Of a stretch of DNA of 64,000 bases, positions 25,670-40,003 are shown in pieces. The stretch is from Eledone cirrhosa (lineage: Eukaryota). Location of the stretch: the NCBI GenBank assembly GCA_964016885.1, contig OZ024742.1, positions 192,944,001 to 193,008,000 on the forward strand. Direction: 5' to 3'. The translations under genes were made by a program, and so were the position numbers. The stretch's first letter is position 1. Every line of letters starts with the position of its first letter. Below the pieces are notes generated by a model that saw only the letters and a list, made by a program, of their open reading frames with translations, had not been told where the DNA came from and searched no databases.

Positions 25670-27095
25670 TTACATTTTATATATATATCTAAAAGTTGAG
25701 TTTAAACGATGTTTACAAGAACATAATAAATTATTTCGCAAATTAATAGAATTCTTACTTTTTAGTATAAAGAATATTACTTCAACCCAAAGGGAGCAAT
25801 TTTTGGATAGAGCCGTGTATGAAGGAGCTTTGGAGATAATTTCCCAAGATAAAGAATAGTTAATATTCTTGGATTTTAAGTTCCATAATAAGTTGGATAG
25901 ATAAGTTGAAGATATTTTACCAATATTCGTAAAGGAACATTTATGGTTATTGAAACGGGATTTGAAGTCTGTGGAAGTAGAGCCGACATAGTTAAAGGAA
26001 TTTTCATTGGTTTTGACATTACAATTGTATATGTTTAACTAAACAGTTATTATTTATGGGACAGTTAGATTTATTTCTACAATTGCATTCATCTGAATTT
26101 ATATTATTGGGAGCCGTAACATTATATTGGATATTTCTAGAGGTATTAATGCTATTCTGGTTAGGTTTAAGTTTCTATTATTAATTCTATTAATATTCTG
26201 CGCTAAATTCATAGTGGTGGAATAGGAGAGTTTAATAATATGTCTATTAAAGATTGAGTAATATCTGTGGGTCTTAGGATAGCACTTACCTAGAGCTTTA
26301 AAAAATAATTTAGCTATTGGACTTAATGAGAAAGGAGGAGCGAACCATAATATATTTCTAATTCTATTTCTTCTTTTGATTTTCGAGTTAGTGCAAGGTT
26401 TCCTATTATAATTATATTTATAGTTATGGTTAATTGGCACATCCTTATTATCAATGTATTTAATTTCATTACTATAGCCTGCTCTACTAACGCTTCATTA
26501 TAATATTGTGCCTTATCTTCAAATATATTTTTATTCGCTGAAATTCTAGAAATACGTTGCTGCACAGAATTTACAATAGTGTTTTTAACGGATCTGGGGT
26601 GATTGGGAATTAAAGTTAACATAGTCTAAATTCTCATTGATTTTATGAAATGGATAATACAGACCAGTATTAAGGTTTAAATTTACATCTAAAAAATTAA
26701 CTATTTTATAATTATTCTCTACTTCTACTTTAAGATTAACGCTATTAAAAAATTGTATAATTTCTTTTCTTTTCCTATTTATTTCACAATTATTATTATT
26801 TTCAATGAACAATAGCATATCGTCACGATATAAACCACCGGTCATCTTTGGTATTTTGCTATGTAAAGTATTGTTAATAAAAAGCCCCACAAGATCCGTT
26901 AATTGCGCCGAGCCCGATGACCCCATAGTGATATCGAAATTGTTATCCCTATCTGCTCTAGTCCAAAGGTGGTTGCTAAATTTAATTAATCTTTTACGTG
27001 CAGTTAAGATAATGTGCATTTCATTGCTAGTTAAAACAGTGTATTTAAATGCATATGTAAGGGCTTTATTAAGATATTGTGTATTTAGTCCACTA
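25670..27095 (-). pseudogene. Naiad-like RT + GIY-YIG endonuclease, frameshifted
   Basis: FDITMGS..SAQLTDLVGL, GGLYRDD, NFLDV.LNL..G.Y.PF.K, RNILWFAPPFS, IKLSYS, CNCRNKSNCP....C, YVGSTSTDFKSRFNNHK, WEII..A.SY, CSCKH. Confidence 0.88.
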
Positions 27096-27184
27096 ATTTG
27101 TTGAGTGCTTTATATCAGTTATAAACATGTTTAAGCTTTGTTGAATCCCAACAAATTAAATATAACCTCTGCATATATATATAC

Positions 27185-27248
<64 letters not shown>

Positions 27249-27319
27249 AAAAAGAGATGAAATCGAAAGTGCGACTGGAGTCTTATTTAAAAAAAAATAT
27301 ATATATATTTATTTGGTTC

Positions 27320-27352
27320 CTTTACCGGTTTCGCAGTTCTGCTTTTCAAAAG
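27320..27352 (-). ncRNA. Hammerhead, U3-A8 core variant
   Basis: CTT-TTGAAAA-GCAG aa CTGC-GAAA-CCGG-TA-AAG. Confidence 0.55.
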
Positions 27353-27430
27353 TAGAGTTGAGATGGAGGGTCTCTGATTTTTCTCACATCGAGATGTGAA
27401 AAAATCTACAGACCCTCCATCTCAACTCTA

Positions 27431-27466
27431 CTTTTGAAAAGCAGAAGAACTGCGAAACCGGTAGAG
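27431..27466 (+). ncRNA. Hammerhead, U3-A8 core variant
   Basis: CTT-TTGAAAA-GCAG aagaa CTGC-GAAA-CCGG-TA-GAG. Confidence 0.6.
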
Positions 27467-30400
27467 GAACCAAATAAATATATATATTTATTTTCATCTC
27501 TTTTTCTTTATACTTTCACTCGTGTAGGACACCTCGGTTATTTTTCAATTTGTAAAAAAAACCTTACTTTCTAATATATATATATATACTGTATATATAT
27601 ATAAATAACTGTATGGGAAATAAATCATATTATAGATATATAAATATATACAGTTATTTATATATGTATTCATAACTTCCATCCAATCTTCTTGTATGAA
27701 TAGAACAATTTCGCTTTTCATTAGTATAAAGATAAATTCTTTTGTCAAACTTGAAGATCTTTGTACACCGTAAAATATGCTTCCTCCATTCGAGAGCATC
27801 CTTCTAAGAGTATAACTTATAGACAACATATCGGATGGTCTGGACAGGAAAGAAATTATTGGCAAAAGGCTCCAGATCTTATCATGCGCGATTGAATAGA
27901 CTTATCAAATCAATTTATTGTATTAAAGGGTAAATAATATGTCAATATATGAACGTTTACGTTTAAACAAAAATGTGTTATTTAGCCCCAGGTCAATTCA
28001 TGATTGAGTCGATTTAGAATCAAAAGCAGATAAGCCTTGATGATCACAATATATTTTGTATGGTAGAGAAGATTAAGAGCGGTTTGGCTGCTATTTTTCA
28101 GCTGGTACGGTGACCAAGTACACATTCTTTCTTTAAATTGTCTAAAAAGTAAAGATATATGAGAAAATATAGATATATTGTCTAACAAGTAAAGACATAT
28201 TAGAACATATAACAAAATATGAGGGACCATGTATTCGAAAATATGACGAATATTTTATAGTTTTACAGACTCAAGATTAGCTCACGAGATCTATGGACGA
28301 CAGACACCGTTGTATCTAACACGATGTCCAATATTTCTGGCTTTCAAATTTAACTTACAAGGCCTTGATCGATCCGCGGCTATAGTAGAAGCCCAAGATG
28401 CCTTGAAGCAATATCTAACCATAAGCTACGTCATAGCGTATGAAATGTCTTTACTACACATGCTTGCCTAACACCATTACAAAGATACGACTCAGAAATG
28501 GCGGCTGTATTCTGATAATGGCTTGCCCCTGTACCAGTAAGTTGTTTAGGTTGGCTGCTGTTATGCTGGTAGTACTTGGGTATGGTTTAAATGGGATGTT
28601 AATTCTACTGTATGTGTAGTGTGGTCTTATCTGGTGGGTACGGTTGAATTTATTTTTATGGATTGCGTTTGCTTGAATTCGTGGACAGCGTTAGTGGGTG
28701 AAGATTTTTGTCCGTTCAATTTAATACAACAACCGGCTTTAGTTACGTATATAAATTAAAAAAATCACATATCTTTCCTTGTCTGCTTCTATAAACAGTA
28801 TAGTTATTGTTCCTAGAGTGGCAATATAAAATGGATTATCGATCAATTTCCGAGCGAGACAAAAATACATACTGATTTGAATCTGTGTAATTGTTTAATT
28901 ATAAAAATATAGAAGTTTATTCTTTATAAACAATCTCATCGCCCATATAACAGACTCTTATCTAGAATCTAATTATTGCGTGACTTCGAGTATTTCATAT
29001 TATTTTCAGAATGACGGATAGAATATTTTCCTGTATAAACCTTTTTCTTTTACATTTGTGTTTTATTTTATTCTCTCAAACACCACGCAATCATCCATAT
29101 CCACATACACCCAGAAACTCAAACATTTGATGGACCACCGCTGGTTTCGACGATGCGTATTCCAGATGTTCGATCAACGGAAAGCCTACTCATGAATTTT
29201 ATATATATTAGGCTGGGCATTCGACAGACACGTGTAACCTTAAAGTAATTCTCAGGGAGATTCCACGGGCCACCATGCATGACCTGGCCAGCAATAATCC
29301 ATCCAATGGGCTTCCAAACAGCTTCAAACTACTCAAATCCGCTTTCAAGGCATGGGTTAACGCGTGGGTATGATGAATGGTATTTGCTTAAGATGCCAGG
29401 CATTAGGATGGAACCTGTGTTAACAAGCATTAATGTAGAATATTGCCGATAGATATTAATGATATTACAGCCTTTTGGTTCCACTGGTGTGTAACTTAAA
29501 TTGTCCACGGAAAATCTTAGTTAATTGGGTCCACTTTTTTTGGCTCTACTGTAACATGATAGTCGACATTTATGTTCTCGTTTAAAATCCAGCTATGGTC
29601 AAGTTTGTTTTCTATCGTTCAGAGGGTTGATAATACACGAGCCATCAATTATATGGTTTGATGTAATCGACAATACCAATTCGTCAAATTTAAGACCCTG
29701 TACCAATATAAACTTTGCCTGTCATCCCCCGAAAGTGATAGAATAAAATACTGGGCTTCATTGAATGGACTAATACTTCACTCGACATTAAACATGTCAC
29801 TATATAAAGACACTTTGGAGGCATATAAATGTATTTTAAAAGCAAATTCTGGCCATCAAGCATTCTGTGGCCTTCTGTCGCAGAGCCAAATACTTTCATA
29901 TTAAGGGATAAGGACATTAAACGCAAGGATGTCTGGAATATCCTCAAAGCTGGATATCCGGAAGATCCTGGTCTGTGATATCTTTGAGGGAAGTGACACC
30001 CTCTAAGAAGTATAGAGAACCCGAGGGAAAACTGGTTGGGATCAGTTTGGAAGTGCTTTTCCACAAGAAACTAGAAATGGTGGATAAAGTCTCTGATCTC
30101 ATTCACCTACTAGGCCAGTCAACACCTGGTGGTAATACCACGCACTTGAGAATTTTCTGCCCACAACAGGGATCCGTAGGGTCAACTTACTGCAAACATC
30201 ACGGCCCCAACAAAATCAACAACAGCGAACAACAATAATTAGCAGCACCTACCCCTGTAGCAGCAGCAGCAGTTTCAACAATAGTGAGACTAGCATCAGC
30301 TGTTACAATAGCAGGAACTGAAGCATCTTGGACATGTACCGACTAAATTTTCCCTGCAGCCTCCAAATTGCTGATCTTCTACGTAAATTAGAAATAAACA

Positions 30401-33400
30401 TTATCTAATTTTCGAAATCACCATCATCATCATCATCCTCATCAACGTCGTCGTCACCATCATCCATAATTTACTAAATAACAACACCGGATTATTTCTC
30501 ATGATATATTAATCGATCGATATCTATAAACGAGTAACAATAAACAGAATTTAATCTATTTCCATTCTTCCTCGAGCTGTAATACTTTCTCATTTTAGCA
30601 GAATAGAATTATTTTGAATTTAATTCTGACATTAATGTTTCAACTTATGCAATCACACAACATTTGGTAGATATAGAGTCGTTATATATTGCATATTCCT
30701 AGGAATTTAAATTGCAGCTTTTAGTTGCAGAATTACATACGTGAGAATTTATTGTTGTTTTGTTTTGCCCCTAGGTCAGGAAAATAAGTTACACTATAAT
30801 AAAACAAGTTGAATTGTGAACCAGACAATCAATGATCAAAGATGTTCAAGTTGTGCTCACCATATATACTCGTTATATGGTACGATCGGTTCCTTAACTT
30901 CGAGGCAGAGACCATCTGATTGGCATCTAAACGGTTTCTATCTACCCAGATTCGCTCACAAGGCACCGGTCGACCAGTTGCAAGGGTAAACTAAACGTAC
31001 ATAAAATACCAGGCAGTACAATCGAATCAGGGACCTAATGATTGCGAAAAGAGCTTCTAAACCATAAGATCATGGATACGTTTAGTTTATAACTTTCTTT
31101 AATGGTATAATGCCATTTGTTATTTGGCGAACATGGTATCCGGCTGTTATTTATAGTATATCGAGTGTCCATGTTGAGAATCCATTGTTATATTCGTAGC
31201 GCGTATTAGAAAAAAATTGTTACATAGATCGTGACTAATGCTTTCAACACTATGGAAATCAATTTATTTGACTGAAAATTGGATAGCATTCATTCTTCAC
31301 GTGAGAAATTAACTTTCGTGTGAAAATTATCATATCCAATGGTGAATCCTATCTGTTGTATGTTCAACACATTTGGAATGGAAATATGAGTAATGAAAAT
31401 ATAAGAATGTTTAGCATAGTAAAGATAATATATTGCAAGAAAAAAAACAACAACTTATACAATAAAACATCTTTGGCAGAGATAAAGCAAGTAATCCACA
31501 TTGAACAGTATGAATGCAAATTGTGTCTTCTAGGCTCATTTGTCAAGCAAAGGTTAACACCACCTTTGTGATAGGCATAATTATGATTCAGATAATGAAA
31601 GTGAATATTTCTTTGCATTCATAATTCCGAGTTTGATAAAATTAAATACTGAGTTCGATTTAGACGAATATAACAAACTCCCAAATTTACCATCATCATT
31701 TCTAAAGAACCACAACATTCTATAAGTATGTGAGTGAATCCAATGAGTGATGAATTGACAGATTCGTTAAACCATTGAATAGAATACTTTGTGATGATCT
31801 TATGGCTTTTTTATTTTGACTAATAATGTAGTATTTTTTTAGACCCGGACACTTTCTGATATCCAATGTTATTTGTGCGTTTTTGCGGACAAGTACATAT
31901 ATGTTTCAGTGCACAACAATGAATGTATGTGTCTATAATAAATGTGCTTCAGTAATAGAGTGGGAATGGCAAAGCTGGATCTGTATATCAACGTTGTTGC
32001 TGCTGTTGCTGTTATTTAGAAACAGGCCAACTCATGTTTTTATTAAATTACTGGGTACCTAGGACTGTGTAGGACATCCGTCTGTTCTGACGACGAATGG
32101 TCCAGTTATTCGAACAATGATCGTAAAACTAACATATAAATATCAGGACATTCCACAAACATGTGCATTCTTAACGTATTTTCCCATGGGAGGAGTCTGG
32201 CCCTGTGAATTACAGGTACAACTCATTTTTGCTAACTGAATGGATTGGAGCAATGTGAAATCGAATTTCTTGCTTTAAGACACAAAAAGCCGCCGGGTAT
32301 CGAAATCATAATGCTACAATCGTAAGCTGAACACACCATAATCACAAAGCCACGTGCTTTACTATAAATATCCTTTTACATTTTGTTTAAGTGTGTCTTT
32401 AAAAAAACATGAAGAATACATAATATGATGAACGGGTGTGATTGGAAATAAATCTGACTGCTACTTCTTGTGAGTCGAGGGCCCACATAGATAATCCTCT
32501 TATACAGTTTTGATTAGAAGAAAGGAACAAGTGTGACCTTAAACTGACAGGAATTGATTTGCCGCCAGTAGGTTCAGTGAAGTTTAAGCTTTTATAGAAG
32601 AAGAGAATCCATTTTCAGATTATGATTGAAATGAGGTGAAAGTTTCTCTGATATATATTTTAATCACAAGATTGAAATTGATTTCGGTAAGACCTGGCTG
32701 CGATTGAGGTTCTCTTAAAGATGTAGAACTAATATAATTGAAATTATACATTCTGCTGTGAACCAGCCACAGAAGCTGTGTAACCAACTGTTGTACACAA
32801 ACATGTGATCGAAAGAAAATCGTCGTTTATTAACACCTGATTTTTATTTATTATATATTATAACTATGCCAAGCTATTTCATAATAGATGCATAAGTAAA
32901 ATCTGTTGAATTTTCTGGACCAACAGCATGTCAAATAAGTGGCCATATCTCGAAACTGGTTCCAATTGTGAGGTGTTTCATGTATTGGTAGCTAGGCCAC
33001 CATTACAGAATGTACCGAATATATCAAGATAGACTCAACATGGAAAGTTAAATCCGGGACGACCAGAGAACACCTATCGTAGAACTGATGGCGAGTTGAG
33101 AGAATCGCATTTTTAGTGGGAAACTCATATATAGTCGCTAATGGTGTTCACACTTCGAGGGTTTAATTTCCAACCTTTAGGAAGATTAATATTATATAAA
33201 ATGTTCGTATTTTATGTTTCCTTTTCTGCTTGTATTCACTACAGTTTCACAATATAGTTTTCGGTATTTCACGCAACTATGTTTAAGTATTCCCGGATAC
33301 CCTGTTCAGCTTAGGGCAGTTAATATAATTCTATTAAAATACTCTTCTATTACTAGATGATGAAATAGCTTGGATAATCCAAAATGCAATCACTAATTAA

Positions 33401-35257
33401 ATGATAAAAACTACAAGAACATTCACTTAGATGCAATTTTACCCCGCCATGGCATCTGCAAATTAACAACTAGATACATTAACCGATCATGATTTATATC
33501 ATCCATACGAATAGAAAAATTTATCTAGTATATTGAACAACCAAACATTTTGTTTTTACGTTGAATCCGACTTGAAGTAGGAAAGACGAAGACATCTACA
33601 CCGAAGTCGGAAAGAATAAAGGTAAAATATCCCCCAGTGGGACTGGAAATTAGATTCTGAATAATTCGTAATAAATTTTATATGGTATTCTATCCAATGC
33701 TGTCACGGCATAACCATGCTTTAGACCTTCTCTTTATATGAGGTTGCGCCTATTGAAAAATTACTTGGTTGTTTAATGTCCCATAACGTCATCATTTTTC
33801 CGGTGTTACAGTGCAGGATTTAAACTCAAACCGAACAGATTCCACAAGGCATCTGCTACAGCGAGCTAATAATTTCATCAATCAATCAGCCTAGAACGAT
33901 ACTTTATTTGTCGACCCTGGAAGAATGATAAACAAAATTGACATAATGGGAAATTAATTGAGAGAACAGAAACCTGGAACAAATAATGCAAAACACTCTA
34001 TCCAAGTCTTAATCAACTCTTTCATAAACTACTCTAGAATGAAATTAAAAACTAAATAAAAACAAGACAGACAAAAATAATAATAAACAAATAACCAGAC
34101 TTTCACTAATTGCGTTCGTAATCGTTCTAGTTTTTTTTCTACTTTTTAAAAATTAACTTTTTTCATCGCAATGTACCAAATGCACTTGTTAATATCCTAT
34201 GATCATTGTACGCTAGAGATAACACAATATGAAAGCGGAATCCTAGAGCGATTTTCAGTATTGTATGAAAGGTGTGCACCAAATAGTTCAAAATGATTGA
34301 ACTCAGCTATCAAACATTTCATCGATATATTCAAGCACATAACATTTTCAAATCGTTGTTTATTGATTCTCCCAGAACATGTTAAGAGAAAAATAATAAT
34401 AAAACATGATTGCTCGTCTTTACCAACTGACAAACTTCATATTATTGGCAAATACAACATAAAATAAATGGTGATACGGAAATGAAGACGGAACAATTGT
34501 TTGATGTTTTCGTAACTTTAACAATAATGAGTACGTTGCGTTTCTGTGTGAGTGCCTATGGTTTCATGCTTGTGTTTTGTATGTGTGGAATTGGTTAGAT
34601 GAATTGGTTAGAACAAATAGCAATGAAGGAAATTTATCAAGCAATTTCATTTTCCGTCATCTGCATATTAGGTTGAATGTACAATGTTATCATAACCATA
34701 TTAAATAGCTCACTTTGGATTTCATAGATTACAGGCAAACATAAATGAAATTTTATTAAAACATTTTCGTTTTGTATAAATAGATATTGTTCAATGGCAA
34801 AATTTGATGTTGGTTTAATTTTAAATCATCATCAACTTTATTATCATTTAGTCTAACTTGTACATTTATTGAGCTGAAGACCACAAATGTCACGAAGCTA
34901 TCCAAATATTTGAATGCTTTCATACTAAAATGAAATGTAAAATAATCAATTTTAAGTATACAGTACACTATTTCACACAACACTGTGTGTTATTAAAATT
35001 GTGATCGGTGAACTGGCTCAATTGTTAGAGTGTTGGAAAAAAAGTGTAGCCCTATTTGTTACGGCTCTTTACCTTCTGAGTTCAAATACAACTGAAGTCA
35101 AATTTGCTTTTTTTCATCCTTTCGGGGTTGATAAAATAATGTATCAGCCATGTGCGGGAATCGATTTATTCGACTTTCCTTTCCCACTGATATACTGGCC
35201 TTGTGCGTCAAGTAGACATAGGGTGGTAGATTGTCGAAGGGTGGTGGAATGGCAAAG

Positions 35258-35420
35258 GGTGGTGGATTGGCAGTATCGGTAGAGGGTCGGACACCATGCT
35301 TTGCAGCATAGAGTTATGGCCTTTTACGATCTGAGTTCAAATCCCACTTTGCTTTTCATCCTTACGGGGTCGATAAAATAAATTACCAGTAATGCACCAA
35401 GGTAATTGCTGGCCTTGTCC
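35258..35420 (+). mobile_element. tRNA-derived SINE (family A), preceded by an older related copy at about 35000-35220
   Basis: A box TGGCAGTATCGG, B box GAGTTCAAATCC, core TTTCATCCTTACGGGGTCGATAAAATAA. Confidence 0.8.
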
Positions 35421-35520
35421 TAAAATTATTATCATGAGACTGACGAGAGCGATGAATGATGAAAAAAATCGATAGATTAATGAACCAAAATAATCTATAG
35501 ATTTTACTTAATGTTAACAG

Positions 35521-35746
35521 CTTTCTTTTTTTATACATGTTTGTGATGACCAAAATACAACAGCTAGGAGCCGGTTCTGACACGACTGGTAAATCAGTGG
35601 TATCTGACGTCCCTTATTATGTACATATACGAGATCCTGTCTACGACCAGCTTCTAACTCAAGTGTTGAAACAATTTGACGTTAAACGTCAAGCTGTGAA
35701 GGCCGAGATACAGGAACTTTCAGTATTTGTGAAACAACTCGGAATT
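35521..35746 (+). CDS. Exon of M13 peptidase (neprilysin/ECE-like) gene
   Basis: ttaacag| acceptor and |gtaagt donor. Encodes FLFLYMFVMTKIQQLGAG...AVKAEIQELSVFVKQLGI, like the M13 Y..fM.....LGA...A..em..v..F...La segment. Splices in phase 0 to the next exon. The 5' boundary is less certain. Confidence 0.65.
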
Positions 35747-36292
35747 GTAAGTAGCAAAGTGTTTTCTCTTAATCAATTACCACATGTAACAGCAAAATGA
35801 ACAAACGGTTAGTCCATATTTTGCACTGTTAAAATATGTTATTTAGGTGTTTTGAGTTAATTTATGAAAATAGAACTTGATAATCTGAATATCGGGATTT
35901 CCAAACACCCATATGCACAAAAAATCTAATAGCACACACGCACGCACACATACATAAACACTCACACAGACCTGTGTGTGTGTGTGTATATAAATATATA
36001 TATATATTATGACTTTCTTTATTTATTCTTTATATGAAATATTGATTGCATTTCCCTGTATCTCATGTCTGATATTTTTGCCTGAGAAAATACCTATATG
36101 TACGTATAGATGACCAGCGTTTATATTATTTTATATTTCACGATGACCTCCCCTTTCCCTTTTGGGGGCAGTGTGAATTTTCGTTTTAAAAGACTATTGG
36201 CTTCTCAAATTTAGCTGTCCTTCTAGCACTGACGGAGACCATCACTGATTATTAATATCGATGTAATTTTTTATATCGATATTGCATGGGCA

Positions 36293-36404
36293 TCCACTGA
36301 TGAGTTATAATGGCCCGCTTGTGTGTATATCTATGGATTATATACAAGTTTCTACATAGCATGGGCATTATTTATCCCAACTTGTAACGAAACGATCGTA
36401 TGGA
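36293..36404 (+). ncRNA. Type-I hammerhead with about 70-nt structured stem-II extension
   Basis: TCCA-CTGATGA-GTTATAA...TTGTAAC-GAAAC-GATC-GTA-TGGA. Confidence 0.8.
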
Positions 36405-36582
36405 AAGAAAGAGAGATTTATTTAATTATGTCTCATAAAATAATACAACCAACTATCCACAGAATACTATATAGTTATCACCCCAAACACTTAATTGGGA
36501 TTATACTTAGGTATATCCTAATGTTTGTTGAGTCAGATGGGGTTGGTCAGAGTATCGCTTAAAGCTTTCTCTGTTTATGTAT

Positions 36583-36617
<35 letters not shown>

Positions 36618-36619
<2 letters not shown>

Positions 36620-36822
36620 CGAAGGAAATGTGGTAAAGAACCAGATGGACCATAACGCACCAGAGTACTCAATACTTAGGGTAGTAGAATGGGTAATAGG
36701 AAAAAGTATGATCTCGACGGCAGAGCTCAAGCCGTTTCGACGGCTATCTCTGGACTATTTCAGTCCAGAAATAGCCGTCGAAACGGCTTGAGCTCTGCCG
36801 TCAGGGTCATACTTTTTCCTAT
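36618..36822. repeat. Tail + fold-back palindrome (36696-36822) in (TA)n
   Basis: GACGGCAGAGCTCAAGCCGTTTCGACGGCTAT.TCTGGACT / AGTCCAGA.ATAGCCGTCGAAACGGCTTGAGCTCTGCCGTC. Confidence 0.75.
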
Positions 36823-36837
36823 ATATATATATATATA

Positions 36838-36935
36838 TATTGTTATAATTGGGGTGGGTCATATTGTTGTAATAACATTGCCAGAAATAATGACAGAACA
36901 CACTCACTGTTTGGTTGGTTGGTTTTCGCTTCTGT
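36838..36935 (-). mobile_element. pLTR end of the element-1 family
   Basis: Matches window 1-75 (GGTCATATT..TTGCCAGAA..AGAACACACTCACTGTTTGGTTGGT) and ends in (TA)n. Confidence 0.75.
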
Positions 36936-39003
36936 ACCTTTTATATCTCCATAGTTAATTAATTTGGCTGTCAATGTTTATCATACACACACACACTCAC
37001 ACAAACATATATATATATATATTATTCAAGTAAAAAATATTGGTTCATCAAATAATCTACCGACTTTAGTCGTAAACAGACGCATGCACTCTACGACTTG
37101 TATTCCTTAAATTATTATCAATACGGTATCAAACAAAGTGTCAATATTATAAAGGGGAGCGACGGTTTTAAATGTACATCCTCTATTTATAGTATATATA
37201 ACAGGAGGATGTACATTTAACACCGTCGCTCCTTATATATAAAATTATATATATAGTTATATATATAAAGTTATATATATATATATATATATATAAAATT
37301 ACAAATGTCCATAGAAATCGAAGATTATAAGTAAAACGAAAAGAAAAATGACCCTTGGGTATATATATTTAAAACGTTTTTTTTTCCTTTAATACAACAA
37401 AATAATTTATTTAATAATTCTTACATTAAATGGCTTTAAGTTTTATAAAATATTCCAGGTTCCTGTTAGGATATCAATCTCATCAAATATTAAAACTTCG
37501 TTGTCTTATTCTGAAAGTTAGAATATATGATAATTTTCTGTCAAAGTTTCTTCCTATATATATATCTTCTTTATGAAGGTCGAGTTGTGAAGGGGAAAGT
37601 GGGGTTAAACAGGTGAGGTTTTAATTAATATAATTGAAAATATCTTTTCTTTAAATAGAAACTTTATTTTCTATTCAGAATCACGATCCAGATGGCATTT
37701 TGTTGTTCTGGTGTGTTTGTGTATTTAGTTGGTGTTCTATTATGTCAAGATTTCAAGTTATTTTTAGGGTTTATAATGATAGCTAAAAATAGTTAAAGTG
37801 GATATAAAGATGACTGAAAGTTCTCTTGAACAAATAAAAGGGGAAATGTTTTTTAATCATGAATAATTGTTTTTGGTGAGGTAATGATTTTAAAAGTTTG
37901 CGAGGTTTTCTTTTGTCTTGTGGTGTGTGTGTGTGTGTATAGAGTGGGGTTCAATTTTGTGGAGTGGTCATGTATATTTTTAGGGATTGCAGTTAAAACA
38001 AAAATAAAAGAAATAAAGAACGTAAATAAATATACAAATGTAGCCATCAACATGACTGAAAGGGAACTTTTTGGGAGGGGGTTTACATTTGCCAAAGAAA
38101 TATTATCTGGAATATTTAATAAATGCATCGCATGGCATGGTCCCGTACATCCCTAGACACTCGTATACAGCGTTTCTAGGGCATTTTTTATACCTGGCCG
38201 GTCCCAATTCTCTCCAGGTTTGAATACAGAAGATTTCGTCCAATGAAGGAAAGAGAGAGTGAGAGAATGGAAGTAAGCAAGAGATATAGAGGAACAATCA
38301 ACCCCACTACTAGAATGGTACTTTTTTTTCGACCTCAAATGGATGAAAGGCAAAGTTGACTATAGTGCGATTTCAACTCACAGAGCAAATAGCCAGAACG
38401 AATAGAGCAAAGAATTCTATCCGATGTTCTATAGACTGAGCTATGTCACCGCCTATTTGATAAATATATACTGCTAAAAAGAAGAAAAAAAATGTCATTA
38501 CATGTTTTGTTTTGAGTTATGATTTTTCCTTTTATTTTGTGTGTGCTTGTATATGCACGTGTTTGCTAACATACGTGTGTAAACTGGTTAATCCCATCTA
38601 GAGATCATTATGTATTATCTAATGGGGGACAATTACATATTTAATTGGGGTTAATATTTGTTAATTAATTGCTTTTCGTTATTTATTCTCTGTCATTGTG
38701 AAGGAATCTGAACACCTGTAGTGCGGGTTAGTCCAATGCTGCAAATGTCGAAATGTGACTGCTTAAGGACATTTACCTCGCGTTTTCATTCATTCTATGT
38801 TCTTATTCCCCTCAGAATATGAGAACGAACATCTTAATATTTGATAAAATTGATACCAATCGAAAGAGCTAATATTGGATGAAACTTAAATTCATTTAAT
38901 GCAACAAATATAAAAAAAATATTTATTCTCTCGCTCTCGTCATCAATGAAAAATCATTTTTAAATACACTCCTCTGCTTTCACACATTTACATTTTACAC
39001 AAG

Positions 39004-39088
<85 letters not shown>

Positions 39089-39114
39089 TTTACACAGACA
39101 CACACACATACACA

Positions 39115-39151
<37 letters not shown>

Positions 39152-39913
39152 TAATTACTATGGATGAAAGACTATATAAGCAGTTAGCTTCGCATACTTG
39201 ATGTCCTGAAATAAATGTGCATTTAGATCAAGTGCATTTACAAAGTACTGTGAGTGATATTGGGTAAATAGAATTTGAGGACATCCGACGTTTGGATTAT
39301 ATCTCTAATTCAAATGTCCGGCCTTATATATTGTGTCACGTTGGTTCTCTATGAGAGTTACGTTATGGCTAAACATGTATGGGAAATACTTATCTACTTA
39401 TATCTTAATTTAAATTAGGTACTTCAGTTAATTGAACAATTGGATTTATATTAGTTTATTTGCTTAATAAAATATCATAAGTATTCAAAGTGTTTGATTG
39501 AAGAAGCATTGAGAAGATTTGAAATTTAAAATGTGTGTGTCTCAAAGCAAATGGCTATTATTAGAGACATTTGCATTGGAGCGCATGCATTTCAAATGCT
39601 CATATATAAAATACCTTATTTTATATATGAGCAGTGGTTTGGCGAACTTGTTAAAGAATCAGACAAGAAGCCTTCTAGTTTCTGATCTGGCCGTATGCGT
39701 TCTGAGGTTAAATATTGTCTCCTGCCACCGGAAATGTGAGGACGTTTCTACTAAGAGTTGTAACCCATCGAAATAATAGGAAAAAAAAAACACTACGAAT
39801 ACAGTCTCCTGGGTTCGATCTGGCAATCAGCTTCTTTTCTGTCTTTTATTCAATAAAATCGATGTTTTATTTACTCATCATTTGTTTTATATATGTGTAA
39901 TTATTTGTTGTAG

Positions 39914-40003
39914 GTAAAATGGCAAGGCCGTGTTAATATTAATGACGTAGCCAGCACGTATCATCCGACTACACTTGGAGAAATAGCTTCGAATTATACG
40001 TGG
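39914..40003 (+). CDS. Exon of M13 peptidase gene (90 nt, phase 0-0)
   Basis: ttgttgtag| ... |gtaagt; open frame VKWQGRVNINDVASTYHPTTLGEIASNYTW (cf. M13 Y..mTl.el). Confidence 0.7.

Larger units (their letters stand above)
24030..27172 (-). mobile_element. Naiad-like PLE, 5'-truncated, long AT-rich 3' UTR, 3' pLTR with HHR and short inverted pLTR piece at the 5' end (27100-27172)
   Basis: See the ORF and HHR entries; 27100-27172 matches 12437-12510 in + orientation. Confidence 0.85.
27243..27575 (+). repeat. About 200-bp fold-back palindrome (27295-27490) carrying two inverted hammerheads, plus tail, in (TA)n
   Basis: Centre TCACATCGAGATGTGA; arms AGTAGAGTTGAGATGGAGGGTCT / AGACCCTCCATCTCAACTCTACT. 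Confidence 0.8.

Noticed and set aside
29690-30238. ORFs 29690-30064 and 29975-30238, and similar non-repetitive-looking stretches at 21140-21406, 51030-51336 and 57000-57600
   Set aside because: At most faint decayed-transposase similarity (e.g. FWPSS); no splice-consistent or domain evidence to call them
32086-32125. CTGACGA-CGAAT..ATTCG hairpin
   Set aside because: Lacks GAAA and a UH triplet with stem I
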